64,000 bases of DNA from Raillietiella orientalis (GCA_036172245.1 JAYWIR010000002.1:4960001-5024000), one strand, 5' to 3'. Shown: positions 13,640 to 27,100, counted from the first letter of the stretch. Translations and numbers: made by a program. The notes: generated from the letters alone by a model not told the origin.

Positions 13640-13795
13640 GTTGGCGGCCGTGTGGCTCCACGCGAGATACCAAGCGTTGGCAGGTTCGAATCCCCATTTG
13701 GAGGGCTGACACCGAGAAATGGGTGTGTCAGGGGGGCTTCAAATTCTCTCCGCAGAATGATGCTGGTTGGCCCATGGGCTTAAAATGCGGCACTG
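13640..13795 (+). mobile_element. tRNA-derived SINE 5' portion, truncated by a LINE insertion
   Basis: B-box GGTTCGAATCC at 13683-13693. Similar to 53584-53740 (-) and 56870-57035 (+), and ends at TGCGGCACTG (13786-13795). Confidence 0.7.
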
Positions 13796-14720
13796 GTTGC
13801 CACCTGATCACTCCGGGGAGTTTATTTATAAAACAAAGATGCACATAAACATGCACAACGTGGCAGGACATTCGATCCTGCCACGTTGCTCATAACTACG
13901 AGAAGGACCTGCTGAGAACTGGCACGCAGACCAGCGGGGTTCGCTTCGTCAGCACAGGGGAAGAAAAGACAAACAAAAAGGAAAAAAAATAAAAAAAAAG
14001 CATACAGTCAAAAAAATAAGGGGGTTCGGGAGGGGATCACTGTGTGCTGGAGGGCATCCTCTGCATCCTTGTAAGGATCCCAGCAAGTTCCTGTTTTATG
14101 ATTCCCAGATTGGGCCATCTTGATGTTGTCCTCACGAAGAGGACAGAAAAATAGATAGCATCCCTGTCTTTCCAGCCTCCTCTGGCGTTGCTCCATGCAG
14201 TCACGATCCCGCCTCCTGGTCAGCAAAGTGCTACTAGGGGTGCGACCGGCGTGAGGGTGTCGCGCAGGTAGAGGCGCTTTTAAACGTCTCTGGCGTTGCC
14301 TCCAGAGGTTCCAAAGGTCGTGGCAAAGCGACCTCAAAGGGGTCGGAGAAGAACACAGTCCACTAGGACGTGCAGAAGGATCCCCTCTCCTTGCGCCTTG
14401 CACAGTTTGGGTCCACACACACCTATGTCCAGTGATGCCGGCTGGAGTTGCACGGGAGGTCCCAGTACAGCATCATCAATGCCGACTTCCGCCATTTCAA
14501 GGGGAGAGTGCGGTGTTCATGAGCCCCGGGAGTCACTCCAAGCCTTTCTCCTGAATACCCAGTGCAAAAGTCCATGAGGTCGAGTAATCGGGGTTGCAGC
14601 GTCGGTGAGCTGGTCCGTCGTCCACTCGCCCAGTCTCATTCTCCTTCGAGGGATTTCCACAGTAACCTCCCATCTAGTTGTAAGGCTGCTGCCCATGTGT
14701 TCCTTAAATCAACAGGACTA
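13796..14720 (-). mobile_element. Tx1/L1-type LINE 3' fragment (ORF2 zf-RVT region plus 3'UTR)
   Basis: The decayed ORF2 end reads HRTLPLKWRKS...LLHVLVDCVLLRPL. 13796-14300 is closely similar to the reverse complement of 53090-53583. Confidence 0.8.
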
Positions 14721-14779
14721 AATCTGGCGCTCAAGTCCTCTAACAGAAGTTTCTTCATTTCAGCAGCCACAGAAGGGGG

Positions 14780-16100
14780 GGGGGTACCTATCAACATCCT
14801 GGAGATAATCCTGGACAGAATAGGGATTTTTGAAACAGTCATTGACTTTTTTGCACTGATGTCTTTAGTAAGCTCATCAAAAGGCTGTAAGATATCTATG
14901 GAGCGTTTCGTAACTAGCCACTTATTATTAAGACATTTAAACTTTTCTGAATCCATATTCAAAAGAGCCAAAGCAAACATTAAACAGTCCTTTTTAAAAA
15001 AACTTTTTTTAACATAACGTATATAGAGTTCATCTTGTTATCACATCTTGCTCCAGTTGAAGTTGAGGTAAACGAATTTACTTTTGCATTTGCTCCAGTT
15101 CGCTTGAAGCATGAGCGCTTTGTTTAAAGTGCAGAAACACAGCTTTTACTTTGCAAATGACATCATCGATTTCCAACAAACCATTCCGAGCAACCAAATT
15201 CAGGGAGTGAGCAGAACATGGCATGTGCCGCCACTTGTACAGACGAACAGCAGCAATCGTATTTGCTGCATTGCCGGTTACGATTGCTGTAATTTCATTT
15301 CTGATACTCCACTCGGAGATGGTGGTCAGCAGTCAAAAGACGTTTCTTCTGCTGCATGCTTCCCGGCAAACTCTGAACAGCGTAGAAGACAGGATTGAAA
15401 ACAGGACTCTGGGCTGGTCAGCACAAAAGGGAGCGCAGCGAGTGCCAGAAAACTTGTGTTCTTTAGAGAGATCTGCCCATCTGTGGTCAAGCAAATAGCT
15501 CTCTTTTCGTTTCTGCGTGCAAACTGGGGACAAGGCTGTTTGAAATGAAGTTCTTCGAGATGGCAACTGATGCTGGATTTGAAAAAACTGACTGGAGTTC
15601 TTAAATTCAACATCTTCCACCAAGGAAGATGCACTGAATTCCTTACGCATCATTTTCACAAGTTGATTATCGATATTTTTTCTAACTGGGACTGCTTTAC
15701 AGTGTCTATAAAGGATGTTATAAATGATTGTCTGTTGAGCTCTGTCTGAAGAGCTCTGTACTGGAGGTGAAAAGCTCAGATAAAATATGTTCACCGAATA
15801 TTTCTGCGACTTCCTTGTCCGGTGTTGAGGTGACAGTAGAAGGCTCTGCATCAGATGGGGAAGAAAAAGAAACCCGTGTTCTTGGAATGGATGGCTGATG
15901 CACTTTTCCGAGTAGTGTTACTCTGGTCAAGGGATGCTTAATTTGCAAGTGTCGAAACAGATTCCCAACGCTGCCTGCCTCCAGTTGCATTGATTGTGTT
16001 CTTGCCGTACCGACATTTCTCCTTTTTTGAGTCGTCATCGAACGAGAAATGGTACTTCATGTCACTCGTTTTCTCCTCCTTAGTGGCTGAAAATGATAAT
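14780..16100 (-). mobile_element. hAT (Ac/ZBED1-like) transposase pseudogene
   Basis: Motifs appear in order across frameshifts: BED finger (KYHF...KCRY...GNLFRHLQIKHP), IDNQLVKMMRKEFSASSLVEDVEF, ICLTTDG, LEQDVITR and ILQPFDELTKDISAKKSMTVSKIPIL. Confidence 0.85.
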
Positions 16101-16389
16101 TTTGCTACACAGAAATTGCATATAAAAAATCGAAAATATGCCCTCTTCTCTCCTTCACCAAACAGTTTCAGTAATAAAATTCCAGGAGAAGCTTGCTAAC
16201 CAATTTACAGATTGCAGCCGGATGCTGCAAACAGATGTGAAACGTGATTAAAAATATTTAGAAAGACGCTACTCGGATCTCAATACCATGATATCAGTTT
16301 GATTCCGTTTAACATGGCTGATTATTAAAGACATTAAAAATGCCCCTTTCCCTCCCTCCCCGAAAAAGTCTTTCTCGATCATCGCGTCC

Positions 16390-17340
16390 GGGTGCTCCAG
16401 GCATTTATTTGAAAAATAAACATATAACGAGAACTGTGGTTCGACCACGGCTCCGACCACGCACAATTTAATGGAGACCTGCCGCGTCACCGGTTCGCAG
16501 ACCGACGCGGTGCACTACGGCAGCAGAGGGGAGGAGACAAAAAAAAAAGAAACAAAAAAGAAATACACTTTGGGTGGATATGGGTGGCAGTCCTGTCCAT
16601 CTTCTGTAGGATATCGGCAAGGTCTTGCTGGATATTCCTTTCCAGGTGGGGCCATCGCGTTGCTATCCTGATGAAAAGGACGGCGAAGTGGATGGCATCC
16701 CAATCGCTGGGTCCTTCTGTTGCTTTGCTCCATGCAGTGACGATCCCGCGTTAGGCGGCACAGGGCTGCCAGCGAGGCCGCTGGCCGGTCGCAAACGAAG
16801 AGGGGTTTTAAAGCGTCCCTGGAGTTGCTTCCGGGGGTCCCCAGGGCAGCGGCAAAGTATTCCCAGAGGGGCCGGAGGGCAACACAGTCCACTAGCAGGT
16901 GGGGGAGGGATTCACGCTCCCCGCACCTGACACACTTGGTGTCCACACATCCTCGTGCAACAGCAACAACATCGACTCCTGCCACTTCAAGAGGAGAGTG
17001 CGGGTGTCCATGAGCACCGGGACCACTTCAGGTGTGCCAATAGAACTCCCAGTTGCTCGCCCCAGAGCGAGAGTCCATGGGGTGGTGTACTCGGGAACGC
17101 AGCGTCCGTGAGCTGGCCCGTCTTCCATTCACCCAGTCATTTCTCGCTTCCGGAGATGGTCACCGTAACTTGCCATTTCGACGCGATGCTGTTGCTCAGG
17201 TGTTCCCCGAGGTAGGGCAGCGCTGCGGCGAAGTTCGTCCTGCCTACAAAAAGCCTTTCTTGAGGAATCCTTCGTAGGTCTCGCCTTTCACTACGACGAC
17301 GTCCCCCACCACGGCAAAGGGCTCGCTTTCGCATCTGCCA
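16390..17340 (-). mobile_element. Tx1/L1-type LINE 3' fragment (ORF2 CCHC zf-RVT plus 3'UTR)
   Basis: DTKCVRCGERESLPHLLVDCVALRPLWEYF matches the CxxC-E-H-C finger at the end of L1/Tx1 ORF2. The 3'UTR has an AATAAA, and the fragment is homologous to 13.8-14.7 kb. Confidence 0.85.
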
Positions 17341-18486
17341 TCTCCCGGAAAGGTCACACTCGGATTTGATAAAAAAAAAAAATGAAGATGAAATGAAATT
17401 TAAGTACCAACACATGGGCCTTGAAAAACAAGTCTCACTGTGAAATTTCGAAGCAAGAGCCTCGCAGGCTGGACGAACGAACCGAGCGAGCAGCTACCGA
17501 TGAACAGACCAACTAATAGCACCGGAGAACGAAACAAGTCACTGTACCCATACTTCTGCGCCCTCAGCCCAACGCTCGGGCCCCTTAGATAAAGAGAAAG
17601 GATCTCGTTATTTATCAGTTACAAGAGACCTCAAACAGACCGCGAAGACCTTGCAGATCTAGAGCTTAATGCTTTCAGCCTGATGATTTTGTTTTGCTGT
17701 TTCTTCTTGTAGGGGTAAGGGTCATCAAGGATGCGGCCGACGCGACCTCCGCTTCTCCACCGCGAACTCTTGAGCGTTATTGGTCACTAATGCAGGTCAA
17801 CCATTCGTTCGCTTTGACCCTTTCGCGAGCGAGAGGCACCTCCACGTGCAATGGAAATTGAAATGGTGCACTTATCCCAGGGGTATCCAGGATTCCTTCC
17901 AGCCGTGCTCAAAGTAACAAAAAATAGAAACTAAAAGAATAAAAAGTGATCCAAGCGCATATAAATCATTAAATGGTTTAGTCAACTGAAAAGTATCCAT
18001 AGCCATCGTCCACCGGAAATGGATTTGGAATCAGTAACTTAATTTTTCTTTATCTTGCCAAATGCAAAACTTAACAGTTGTTTGCTTTGTAAGTTACTTC
18101 AGTGTACATTTCAGGTATGTGTCATTTGAAGTTCAGTTCAAAGCAGTTTGATATGATCCAAACAAAGTGAGCATGTTTCCTGCGAATTATTTGTAATCAA
18201 TTACAGAAATGGTGTTTGAGAATCAATATTAGACACTTGGCATCAAAGTTTTTATCATGGCTTAAAACTACTAATATACTTTTTTTTTAAACAAATGAAT
18301 TGTCAAAATTGTGTTTGTACGTTACCAGATTAAGATGTGAATTTCAGGATTGCATTCTGAGGACACAAAAGCTGGCACTGTTATGTTCACTTGAGGATAA
18401 ACATGTAATAGGTCAGCAATGAAAATATTCAGTTTTAAGTACCTCTAAGTACCTCTAACGTAAAGGTTAGCAAGATCAAAACTACA

Positions 18487-21418
18487 ATGCAAGTTTCAGT
18501 TAAAGAATTGGAAAATTTGTTTCTTGGTGGTCATTATCAGAAATGTAAAAATATGATTAGTGCTGTATTTTCCAAACTAAAAGGAGAAGGTCATGTTGAA
18601 TATGAGGTAATACACTGGGCTAAAAAGTTCATGAACTGTTAGTCTGTTAAAAAAGTGTTGCAGACATGTCAAATGTCATTTAAACGGAATGCTAGCAACT
18701 GGAAAATTTTTAGGGTTATACGAAGTAACTGTCTTATGAAAATTATTGTAGTTTCGCATTAATAAAAAAAATTTCGAGTGACTTGTAATTTTAGGGATAT
18801 TTTGGTGAAGAGAGAAGATTCATTACTGTTGCAGATACAGTTTTTCTGGAAAATGCTAGAGAAAGCTGCGATTTTATGGTAATAATTTTGTTTTATTAGT
18901 AACCTAAACGAATGTATTTGTAAGTGGAATCTGTTTGTTATGTTGATCATCTTATGATGATTGATGCTATTATTTCCACTTATGTGATGATTTCCAAATT
19001 ACAAGTTCAATAGAGAAAAATGAATAAATAGAAAAGAATGTGTTAAGTAAAGAAAAGTGTTCGATGAAATGCAATAGGTTGTGCTCACAGCTGGCAAAAA
19101 ATGAGTTTGTAATTTATGCATTGGGAACAGGAGTAAAGGAGATTTTTGCTCTGAATAAATACACAGACTTTTTAACAAAATGATGTTTCTCAGAAGGGAG
19201 TTATTTTTTCATCATTAATATTAACTAGAAAATCATAATAAAATAGTAATATAATAAAATAGTTATGAATTTAAATAATTAAAGAATGACTTTTCTCTAG
19301 GGTATGTGAACTGTTGATGGTCCTGGCATCTAGTTATGATGATTTATTTCTCAATCATTTTAGATTAGCATCTCTTCTAATTCATCCATTGAACTGACAG
19401 ATATCCAAAACTTTATTGTCCGTTTTATAGAAGTGCAAGAGAAATGTTTCAGTTTGTCTCAGATATCCCAATATTTTCTTTATGAAACAGCCTCCATATG
19501 CAATCTCATTTGTGCAGTTATTTTCCTTTATTTTGTATCCCCTACATCAGTGCAAAAGATCGAAGTTGATCCAGTGCTAAGTACTATTCGAAAGTACTGG
19601 AATCTAAGTGAGTTAAATGTGTTATAGCTTCACATTTACACATGCTTGCTTGCCTTTATTCATGTTTTTTATTGTTTAGATGGATTCATTTGTGTAATAT
19701 TTGTTAACTTGTGTTCTTTTCAGTTTGTGAAACCAAAATACCTTCATGCATTGTATCTTCAGATGTATCTGTTTCTGAGATGATTGCTAGTGTATGGTGG
19801 GAGTTAACTCCTGAAGAGCAACAGATTGTATGGCTAGCTGATTTGTTGCATCAGCTGTTCACTGTTTTTCTTTTTCAATCACCTGCTGAGAATCTTTCCT
19901 TTAAAATGACTGTTGGTAGTGAAAAGAAAGTAGACATTCCATTGATTATTATGAAGCCTCTGTTTGAGTATTTGCATCTCAGTGATTTACAGAGAATCCT
20001 GTTGCTTTATTCTGGATATAAAAACTCATTAAATAAAAAGTCTGTTGATTTTTGGATGCAGTGTTGGAAATACAATGGGCACATGCGCCACCAAGGTTTG
20101 CAGCAATGCATGCAGTACCTCCATGCTACATCCCTGTATCATCATGGACAAATCAGTCATACAATGAATTCAGTGCATAGTGTACAACAAAATCACAGTC
20201 AGCTTGAAGGCTGGATGGTTGCATTGTGTCATGTACTGCTTGCAAAATGTTTTCTTCAGCAATCTAAATGCCATTTAGCATTGGAAAGGTAAGTTGATCT
20301 TGTTAGACCAAGAATATATTGCTGCAGTTGTCGTATGGCTATAGAAGCAGACCCAGATTACCTTGATAGTTTACTCTGTCTATGTGACATTTACAGCCAT
20401 ATGGAGAATTCTCCAGCTGAACTTGCTGCATTGGAGTTAGTTGGCCAGGTGATAAGGAATGTTTGTCTGTTTGTTTAATTCGTGCAGGTACTGCAAATCA
20501 GATCTAGCATGCGCCCTTGGAATGTATGTAGATTTTTGGTTCAACTTTTCCACCCAGTAGCACACATGAATTATTCAGAATTGATGCACAAGATAGCACG
20601 GCGATACTTGGAGTTGCAGGTTAACTTAAAGATAAACAAGAAATTTTGTGAATATTTTAGTAGCATTTGGAAAAAGCTGTTGAGAAGTATTCAGAATTGT
20701 TAGACAAGTATAGCTCAGATGAAATTATGTGTGAAGCTGCATTAGCTCATTTATTGTGTTGTCATGGTCTTCAGACTATCAGCATTTGTGATCAAGTACT
20801 TAAAAAAAGCAGATTATCTCCAGTAGCACATGTCCTTAAAGGAAAAGCTCTAAGTTTAATGGGAAAATGGCATGAGGCAGTTAAAGAGTTCACACAGTCA
20901 GTATTGCTATCCTTTTGTCTATTTTGAAAATGTAATTTGTTAATTGAAACGAGATTTAATTTAGGGCAATTAGTTGGCTGCTTTTGTGCAAAGGTTCTCC
21001 CTTCAGCATGAATGATGATGACTGCATTCCATTTAGTTCATCTTTACTAGCTTTTGTTTATTATGAAAAGGGAATACTGTTATCCCACTTGGGCCATGAA
21101 AAACACAGTTTATTGGCTTTAGAGACAGCACTGGCATTGGATCCAGGTTTGTATTGCTTCAAAAGTGTCATGTAATTTCTAATATTAGGAGTGTTAGCAT
21201 ATGCTGTGTGTGTGGTGCATGCTTTGGACTCCTGTGGACAAAGTGAGAAAGCAATGGAGTATTGGCAGCAATATAGGAACACTTCTCATGTGAATTCTGT
21301 AGTTAACCATCAGGAAATTTCAGATTTCTGTGTTTACTGCTTACTGGAAGCACTGAGAGATCAAGTTTCTAAAGAATCACAACATTGGGATGCAAAACTT
21401 TCATTTCAATGCCAGTGA
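18487..21418 (+). CDS. FANCG: Fanconi anemia group G-like TPR protein, about 608 aa, 8 exons
   Basis: Exons 18487-18606, 19364-19607, 19724-20288, 20328-20448, 20488-20619, 20664-20896, 20965-21146 and 21189-21418 total 1827 nt in frame. The TPR blocks match vertebrate FANCG by eye and in order: ENSPAELAALELV vs GDTTAELESLELL, KAVEKYSELL vs DAAEHYLDLL, CEAALA..ICDQVL vs LEAAVA..LCEELL, AHVLKGKA..KEF vs THLLQGQA..SEF. The first exon is less certain. Confidence 0.8.
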
Positions 21419-24182
21419 CTTGTTTCTCCTTATTAATAAAATTACAGTATGTTTTCAAATGTAAATATACACAAATATAGGTAAGCTTTAAAGATTTCCT
21501 TGAATAAACAAATTTGGTCATTTATATTCTTTGTATGCAAATGCAAAAACTGCCTGGTTGCTCATATAGTACTGAAATTGGATATTGGGAAAAGTACACC
21601 AAAAATTCATAATTAAACAAAATACGAGAGGAGAACATTTTGAACAGTTCAGAAAATGTTTTTGATGTCAAGTGTTGCAATCTAGGGTGCATGCCTTTAC
21701 ACAACCTCCTCTCATACTACTTATAAAATGTAATTAGGTTAAGAGTATCGCAGCACGATTAGTACATTTCGCCCATTTTAGTTCATACTTTTTACATAGC
21801 AGTTGAAAGGCTATTGAACGTTTTCCATATCTTTGTGGCCATTTTCTTTTCTCCCACTCACGGTTTTTTGTTTTCGTTGGTTTGCAAACTACCCAAGAAC
21901 CTTTGGTGCTACTGTGGGCATGTGATAGTGATGGTATTTTTGTAGTATGCTCGTTTTGAAAAAATAAGTCATCAAAATGATATTCTATTTGACTCCATAT
22001 TTTAAATGAAGATTTTAGTTGATGATTTGTCATGACTTTTTGTTTGAAATCGGAAATATTTAAGATAACGGCTGTTTGAGCGATGGTAGCAGAATGTAGG
22101 TAGAGAGACTAAGGGATCAAAAGAATTACAAACTTTAATGTATATTTGTTAGATATAGAGTGCATAGATCTTAAAATTTAATTTATAACCAAGTTAGTTT
22201 GCACGGAACATCGATTGCTTGCTGAAACGTTGGAACTCCATAAGTCTTGCTATAAGAAAGGTAGTCGCTTACCGATGTCCCGAGGAAGCAGTAATCGCGT
22301 GAACCTAAGTGTTGAATGGAATAATTAGGTGATTATTGGTAAAATTGGGCAAAGAAGTGGGCTTATTTGGATGCGCAGCAGCAGTGCTGATTGCCGCAAA
22401 AAGACGAGTTATAAGGTACCAAATTTTTTAAAAAACATGGATTGTAAGTTTTTCCAAAATAATTAAAGGCTGTAAATTGTAAGCAAACGATAGAATAACC
22501 ATTTACCATTACTACCAATAAAATTCTTATGATCTACCTCAAGGTGTATACACTTCCTCTTGCTTCGAAGGTACACCATGTAAATACAGTGCCTACTTGT
22601 TTTGCTTACTTGTTTAACTTTTAGAACTTACAACTGTTTACAGTTAGTTTAATATGTGTGTGGGAGATGCACGGGAGCTTCTAGAGAACAAAAGGTATTT
22701 AGGCAAGTCAAGATCAGACCGAGACTGAAGGAACAAACACAAGAATTAGCAACGTTTTCACGACGTTTCATCTATTCCTTATTTTTTTTCAGCATTCACT
22801 TTCATTAATTGTGGTTCTTGTTATTTGAGTGTTCTGTAATATGATCTAGTAACATCCACACCAGAATATACGCACAAGTGACCTTATGCATCGGATGGAG
22901 AAAAACGGAAAAAGAAGAGAAAAAGAATACAGAAGCTAATCGTAAATCGGAAAATTCTTAGTGCTGGGATATAAATTTTCCAAGTACGAAACCCGATACA
23001 GTCTAAATAAACCTAAATGGCTTCAGGTTTTCTCTTTCGACGTATGTGAAGTGAAACTCATGTCTCATGCATCTCTCTTGTCTCAGTTGAAAATATAAAA
23101 TCGAATAAACTAAGAAAGAACTAACGGTCCCACGTCTTTGTCCAACAAGCATTCAATTAAAACACAAGATAAACTCTCATTCTTCCTAGCATGTAAAGGA
23201 AGACAAAATCTTATCTGTCCTTTCCTGTGACTAGATGGGTGCGGAAGGAGGAAATTGGGCTGAAACTCAATCAGTTTGTCACCCAATACTCTTGTATTTC
23301 CTAGGTTCGCACACAGTAGCAAGAAGAAGGAATTTGGGTCCTTTTATGGATCACTTCATTAAATGATTCTCCGATGCCAATGATAGAATAATTCCAGCCA
23401 CGAAGTGCTAGAACTGTTTTCGATCTTGGTGAAGGTAATGCACCTAAAAGTTCTGAAATTTTCAGAATCAGATGAGACTAGATTTAAATTGAACCTTATG
23501 ACAAATAGTTTCGGAATAAAATACGGAATAAAATCGCTATCCTCTTGGATTATTTTTAAAATCTTGTGCTAGGTATGGAATGAAGAAATGAAATGGGTTA
23601 AATTATAAAATTGATTTTTTTTTTACTTGTGTAGAGTGATTCATAATATGTGTTCTTAATATTTTTTTAAAAACCACGTACACACAAGTTTTCGACAAAT
23701 AAAAAAGGTCTAAAAAATTCTCATGGCTCATTTGATTCACCATCCACTCACAATTTTTTTTTGTTTCTCCATTGCAAAGCATTTTGTTAAAATATTTGGT
23801 TTTTGATATTTTAAATTCTTTCTTTATTTATAATTACTCTCAAAGAGATTATTGATCTACAAACACTTGGTATCGGTAACCGCCAATTTAAAATTTGAAA
23901 CCCAGTTCTGGAGAATCGTTAATGCACATTTGCGAAAGTTGTAGTATACGATCTGGAGCTATATTGTGATTTTCAAACCTTATACATGTTTAATCAGCAT
24001 CTAATAAATTGTTATTGAAATATGTATTTTGATTTACATTCGAATGACTTTATGTTTTGACTGATGACTTTATGTTTGTTAAAACATTTGATGTTTGGAA
24101 TTTTTTGGCCGGACTTGGGTATTTGGTTATGTTTACAGATATGCTCTCCGTGAACGAACATCTTTAAGAATTAAACTTTAAA

Positions 24183-27100
24183 ATGAACATGAGAAAAGCG
24201 ATGGAGGTTTCTTCATATTTGGAGGTAAGATTTGACTGAATATTTAGTTAAATATTTTACTCGTAAAGTATCAGTTGTTTTATGCATTATGTTAGGTTTC
24301 AAGCTTCTGTTATAGCGATTGAATTTTTTTTCCTGAAAACTGATTTCAAATTTTTGTTTTAAGATCAGTCCACCCAAAAGTACTAAATTGATAACTCTGG
24401 ATGTTGATAATGAAAAAACTCCAACTCTTTTCCTCAAGCCATTTTCTGAAACTCCGAAGATATTTTTTGGAGATATTAAAGTTGGTACAACACGAAGTCG
24501 TCGTCTCATTTTACAAAACCCTACCAACATTTCATTAAAGGCAGGTATTTCTTAACAAATGCTGTTTGAAATTTTGTTTGTTTGATGGCAAAATGCTATC
24601 AGTCATCTATTGTCTATTGTTATTCATTTTAGTGCATAAACCTACTTATTTTTTTTTTTTGTAAAGTTGAGATTGTAAAGATTGTAATCCGTCAGTATAT
24701 TTAAATTTTTACATTGATCTTTATTTCTTAGGTGCTCCTACAAGATATACCCAAAAAGCAAGGTGTATCATTTTCTGAAACTAATTTTCTTATTAGACCT
24801 TCTGAGTCAGTTCACCTAGAAATATTTTGGACCCCGGAAGAACCCAAAGGTTTAAGGGTGGCTTTCAAAGTCTGTTATGCAAAGAATTCAGTTTCATCAG
24901 TCATTTTAATTTGCAATGCTTATGAAGTAACCAAGGTACTAATTGTGCTTTATTCATTTTTTTAAAGTTAATTGTCATGTTACTCGTGATTGTCATATGT
25001 GCACCATTCTAGAGAACTAAAGGTGCACAAAGGTCTACTGTTAAAAGATATGGAAATGCTGCCTGCCCCAAAGACTCTGCATCCAGCATTCATCCAAATT
25101 CCAAAGAAACATCCAACCCATGTATACCAGAGTTGAATAACCCATCTCTTGAACCTTGTGTATTTTGTACCCCTGACAGAAGACAAACATATACTATAAA
25201 GAGTTTGAGCACGAATGAAAGCTATGTTATTACCCCTGGGAAGCACAGATATATGAATGTGCGTGACCACTGCATACAACTATTAGAAACATTAGGGGCT
25301 TATTCTTCAAATAAAAATGAAGAAGAGTGTAATCAGTGTATTCCAGAAGGAAGTTGCTTTCAGAAGACATTTCTTGTGTTGCATAAATCTCCAGATGCGA
25401 AAATTCTATTTTCTCCAATGAAAGAGCAAATTTCTCAAGTTCTTGAAACTGATTTTTCATCAGTCCTTGCTTGCAGTTTAGAAATCGAAAAAGATACATT
25501 GCCAACCTCTGCTTGCAGCTTAGAAAGTAAAAAGGATGCATTGCCAACAACTGCTTGCAGCTTGGAAAGCGAGAAGGATGCATTGCCAACAACTGCTTGC
25601 AGCTTGGAAAGTGAAAAGGATGCATTGCCAACAACTGCTTGCAGTTTAGGAAAAGCCTTACCACTGAGCACTGCTTGCAGTTTAGAAAGCAAAAAGAATG
25701 TGATGTCAACAACTGTTTGCAGTTTGGAAAGCAAAAAGGACGCATTGCCAACAACTGCTTGCAGCTTGGAAAGTGAGAAGGATGCATTGCCAACAACTGC
25801 TTGCAGCTTGGAAAGTGAGAAAGATGCATTGCCAACAACTGCTTGCAGCTTGGAAAGTGAGAAGGATGCATTGTCAACTACTCCTTGCAGTTTAGGAAAA
25901 GCCTTACCACTGAGCACTGCTTGCAGTTTAGAAAGCAAAAAGAATGTGCTGTCAACAACTGTTTGCAGTTTGGAAAGCAAAAAGGACGCATTGCCAACAA
26001 CTGCTTGCAGCTTGGAAAGTGAGAAGGATGCATTGCCAGCAACTGCTTGGAGTTTAGAAAGCGAAAAGGATGTATTGTCAACTACTCATAGCAGTTTAGG
26101 AAAAGCCTTATCGCTGACCACTACTTTCAGTTTAGAAAGCAAAAAGAATTTGCTGCCAACAACTGTTTGCAGTTTGGAAAGTAAAAAGGATGGATTGCCA
26201 ACAACTGCTTGCAGTTTAGGAAAAGCCTTACCACTGAGCACTGCTTGCAGTTTAGAAAGCAAAAAGAATGTGCTGTCAACAACTGTTTGCAGTTTGGAAA
26301 GCAAAAAGGACGCATTGCCAACAACTGCTTGCAGCTTGGAACGCGAGAAGGATGCATTGCCAACAACTGCTTGCAGCTTGGAAAGTGAGAAGGATGCATT
26401 GCCAACAACTGCTTGCAGCTTGGAAAGTGAGAAGGATGCATTGCCAACAACTGCTTGCAGTTTAGGAAAAGCCTTACCACTGACCACTGCTTGGAGTTTA
26501 GAAAGTGAAAAGAATGTGCTGCCAACGACTGTTTGCAGCTTGGAAAGCAAAAAGGACGCATTGCCAACAACTGCTTGCAGCTTGGAAAGTGAGAAGGATG
26601 CATTGCCAACAACTGCTTGGAGTTTAGAAAGCAAAAAGGATGTATTGTCAACTACTCCTTGCAGTTTAGGAAAAGCCTTATCGCTGACCACTACTTTCAG
26701 TTTAGAAAGCAAAAAGAATTTGCTGCCAACAACTGTTTGCAGTTTGGAAAGCAAAAAGGACGCATTGCCAACAACTGCTTGCAGCTTGGAAAGTGAGAAA
26801 GATGCATTGCCAACAACTGCTTGCAGCTTGGAAAGCGAGAAGGATGCATTGCCAACAACTGCTTGCAGCTTGGAAAGTGAGAAAAATGCATTGCCAACAA
26901 CTGCTTGGACTTTGAAAAGCAAAAAGGACGCATTGCCAACTACTGCTTGCAGCTTGGAAAGTGAAAAGGATGTATTGTCAACTACTCCTTGCAGTTTAGG
27001 AAAAGCCTTACTGCTGAGCACTACTTGCAACATAAAGAATGAAAAGAATGCATCGTTGACTACTGTTTGCTATTCAGGAAAAGACTTATCACCAATGAGT

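Noticed and set aside
13640..13700. tRNA gene (also at about 5750, 49115, 53685 and 56920)
   Set aside because: Only the T-arm/B-box is recognisable, I could not fold a cloverleaf, and each copy runs into the same repeat body, so these are SINE heads.
25469..27022. CRISPR-like array
   Set aside because: The units are contiguous with no unique spacers, lie in frame inside a eukaryotic exon, and have no cas genes nearby.
25230..27033. Long antisense ORFs (LSKLQAVVGNASFS and HPSHFPSCKQLLAM repeats)
   Set aside because: They are shadows of the 42/36-nt coding repeat in ASPM; any stop-free unit gives long ORFs in other frames.
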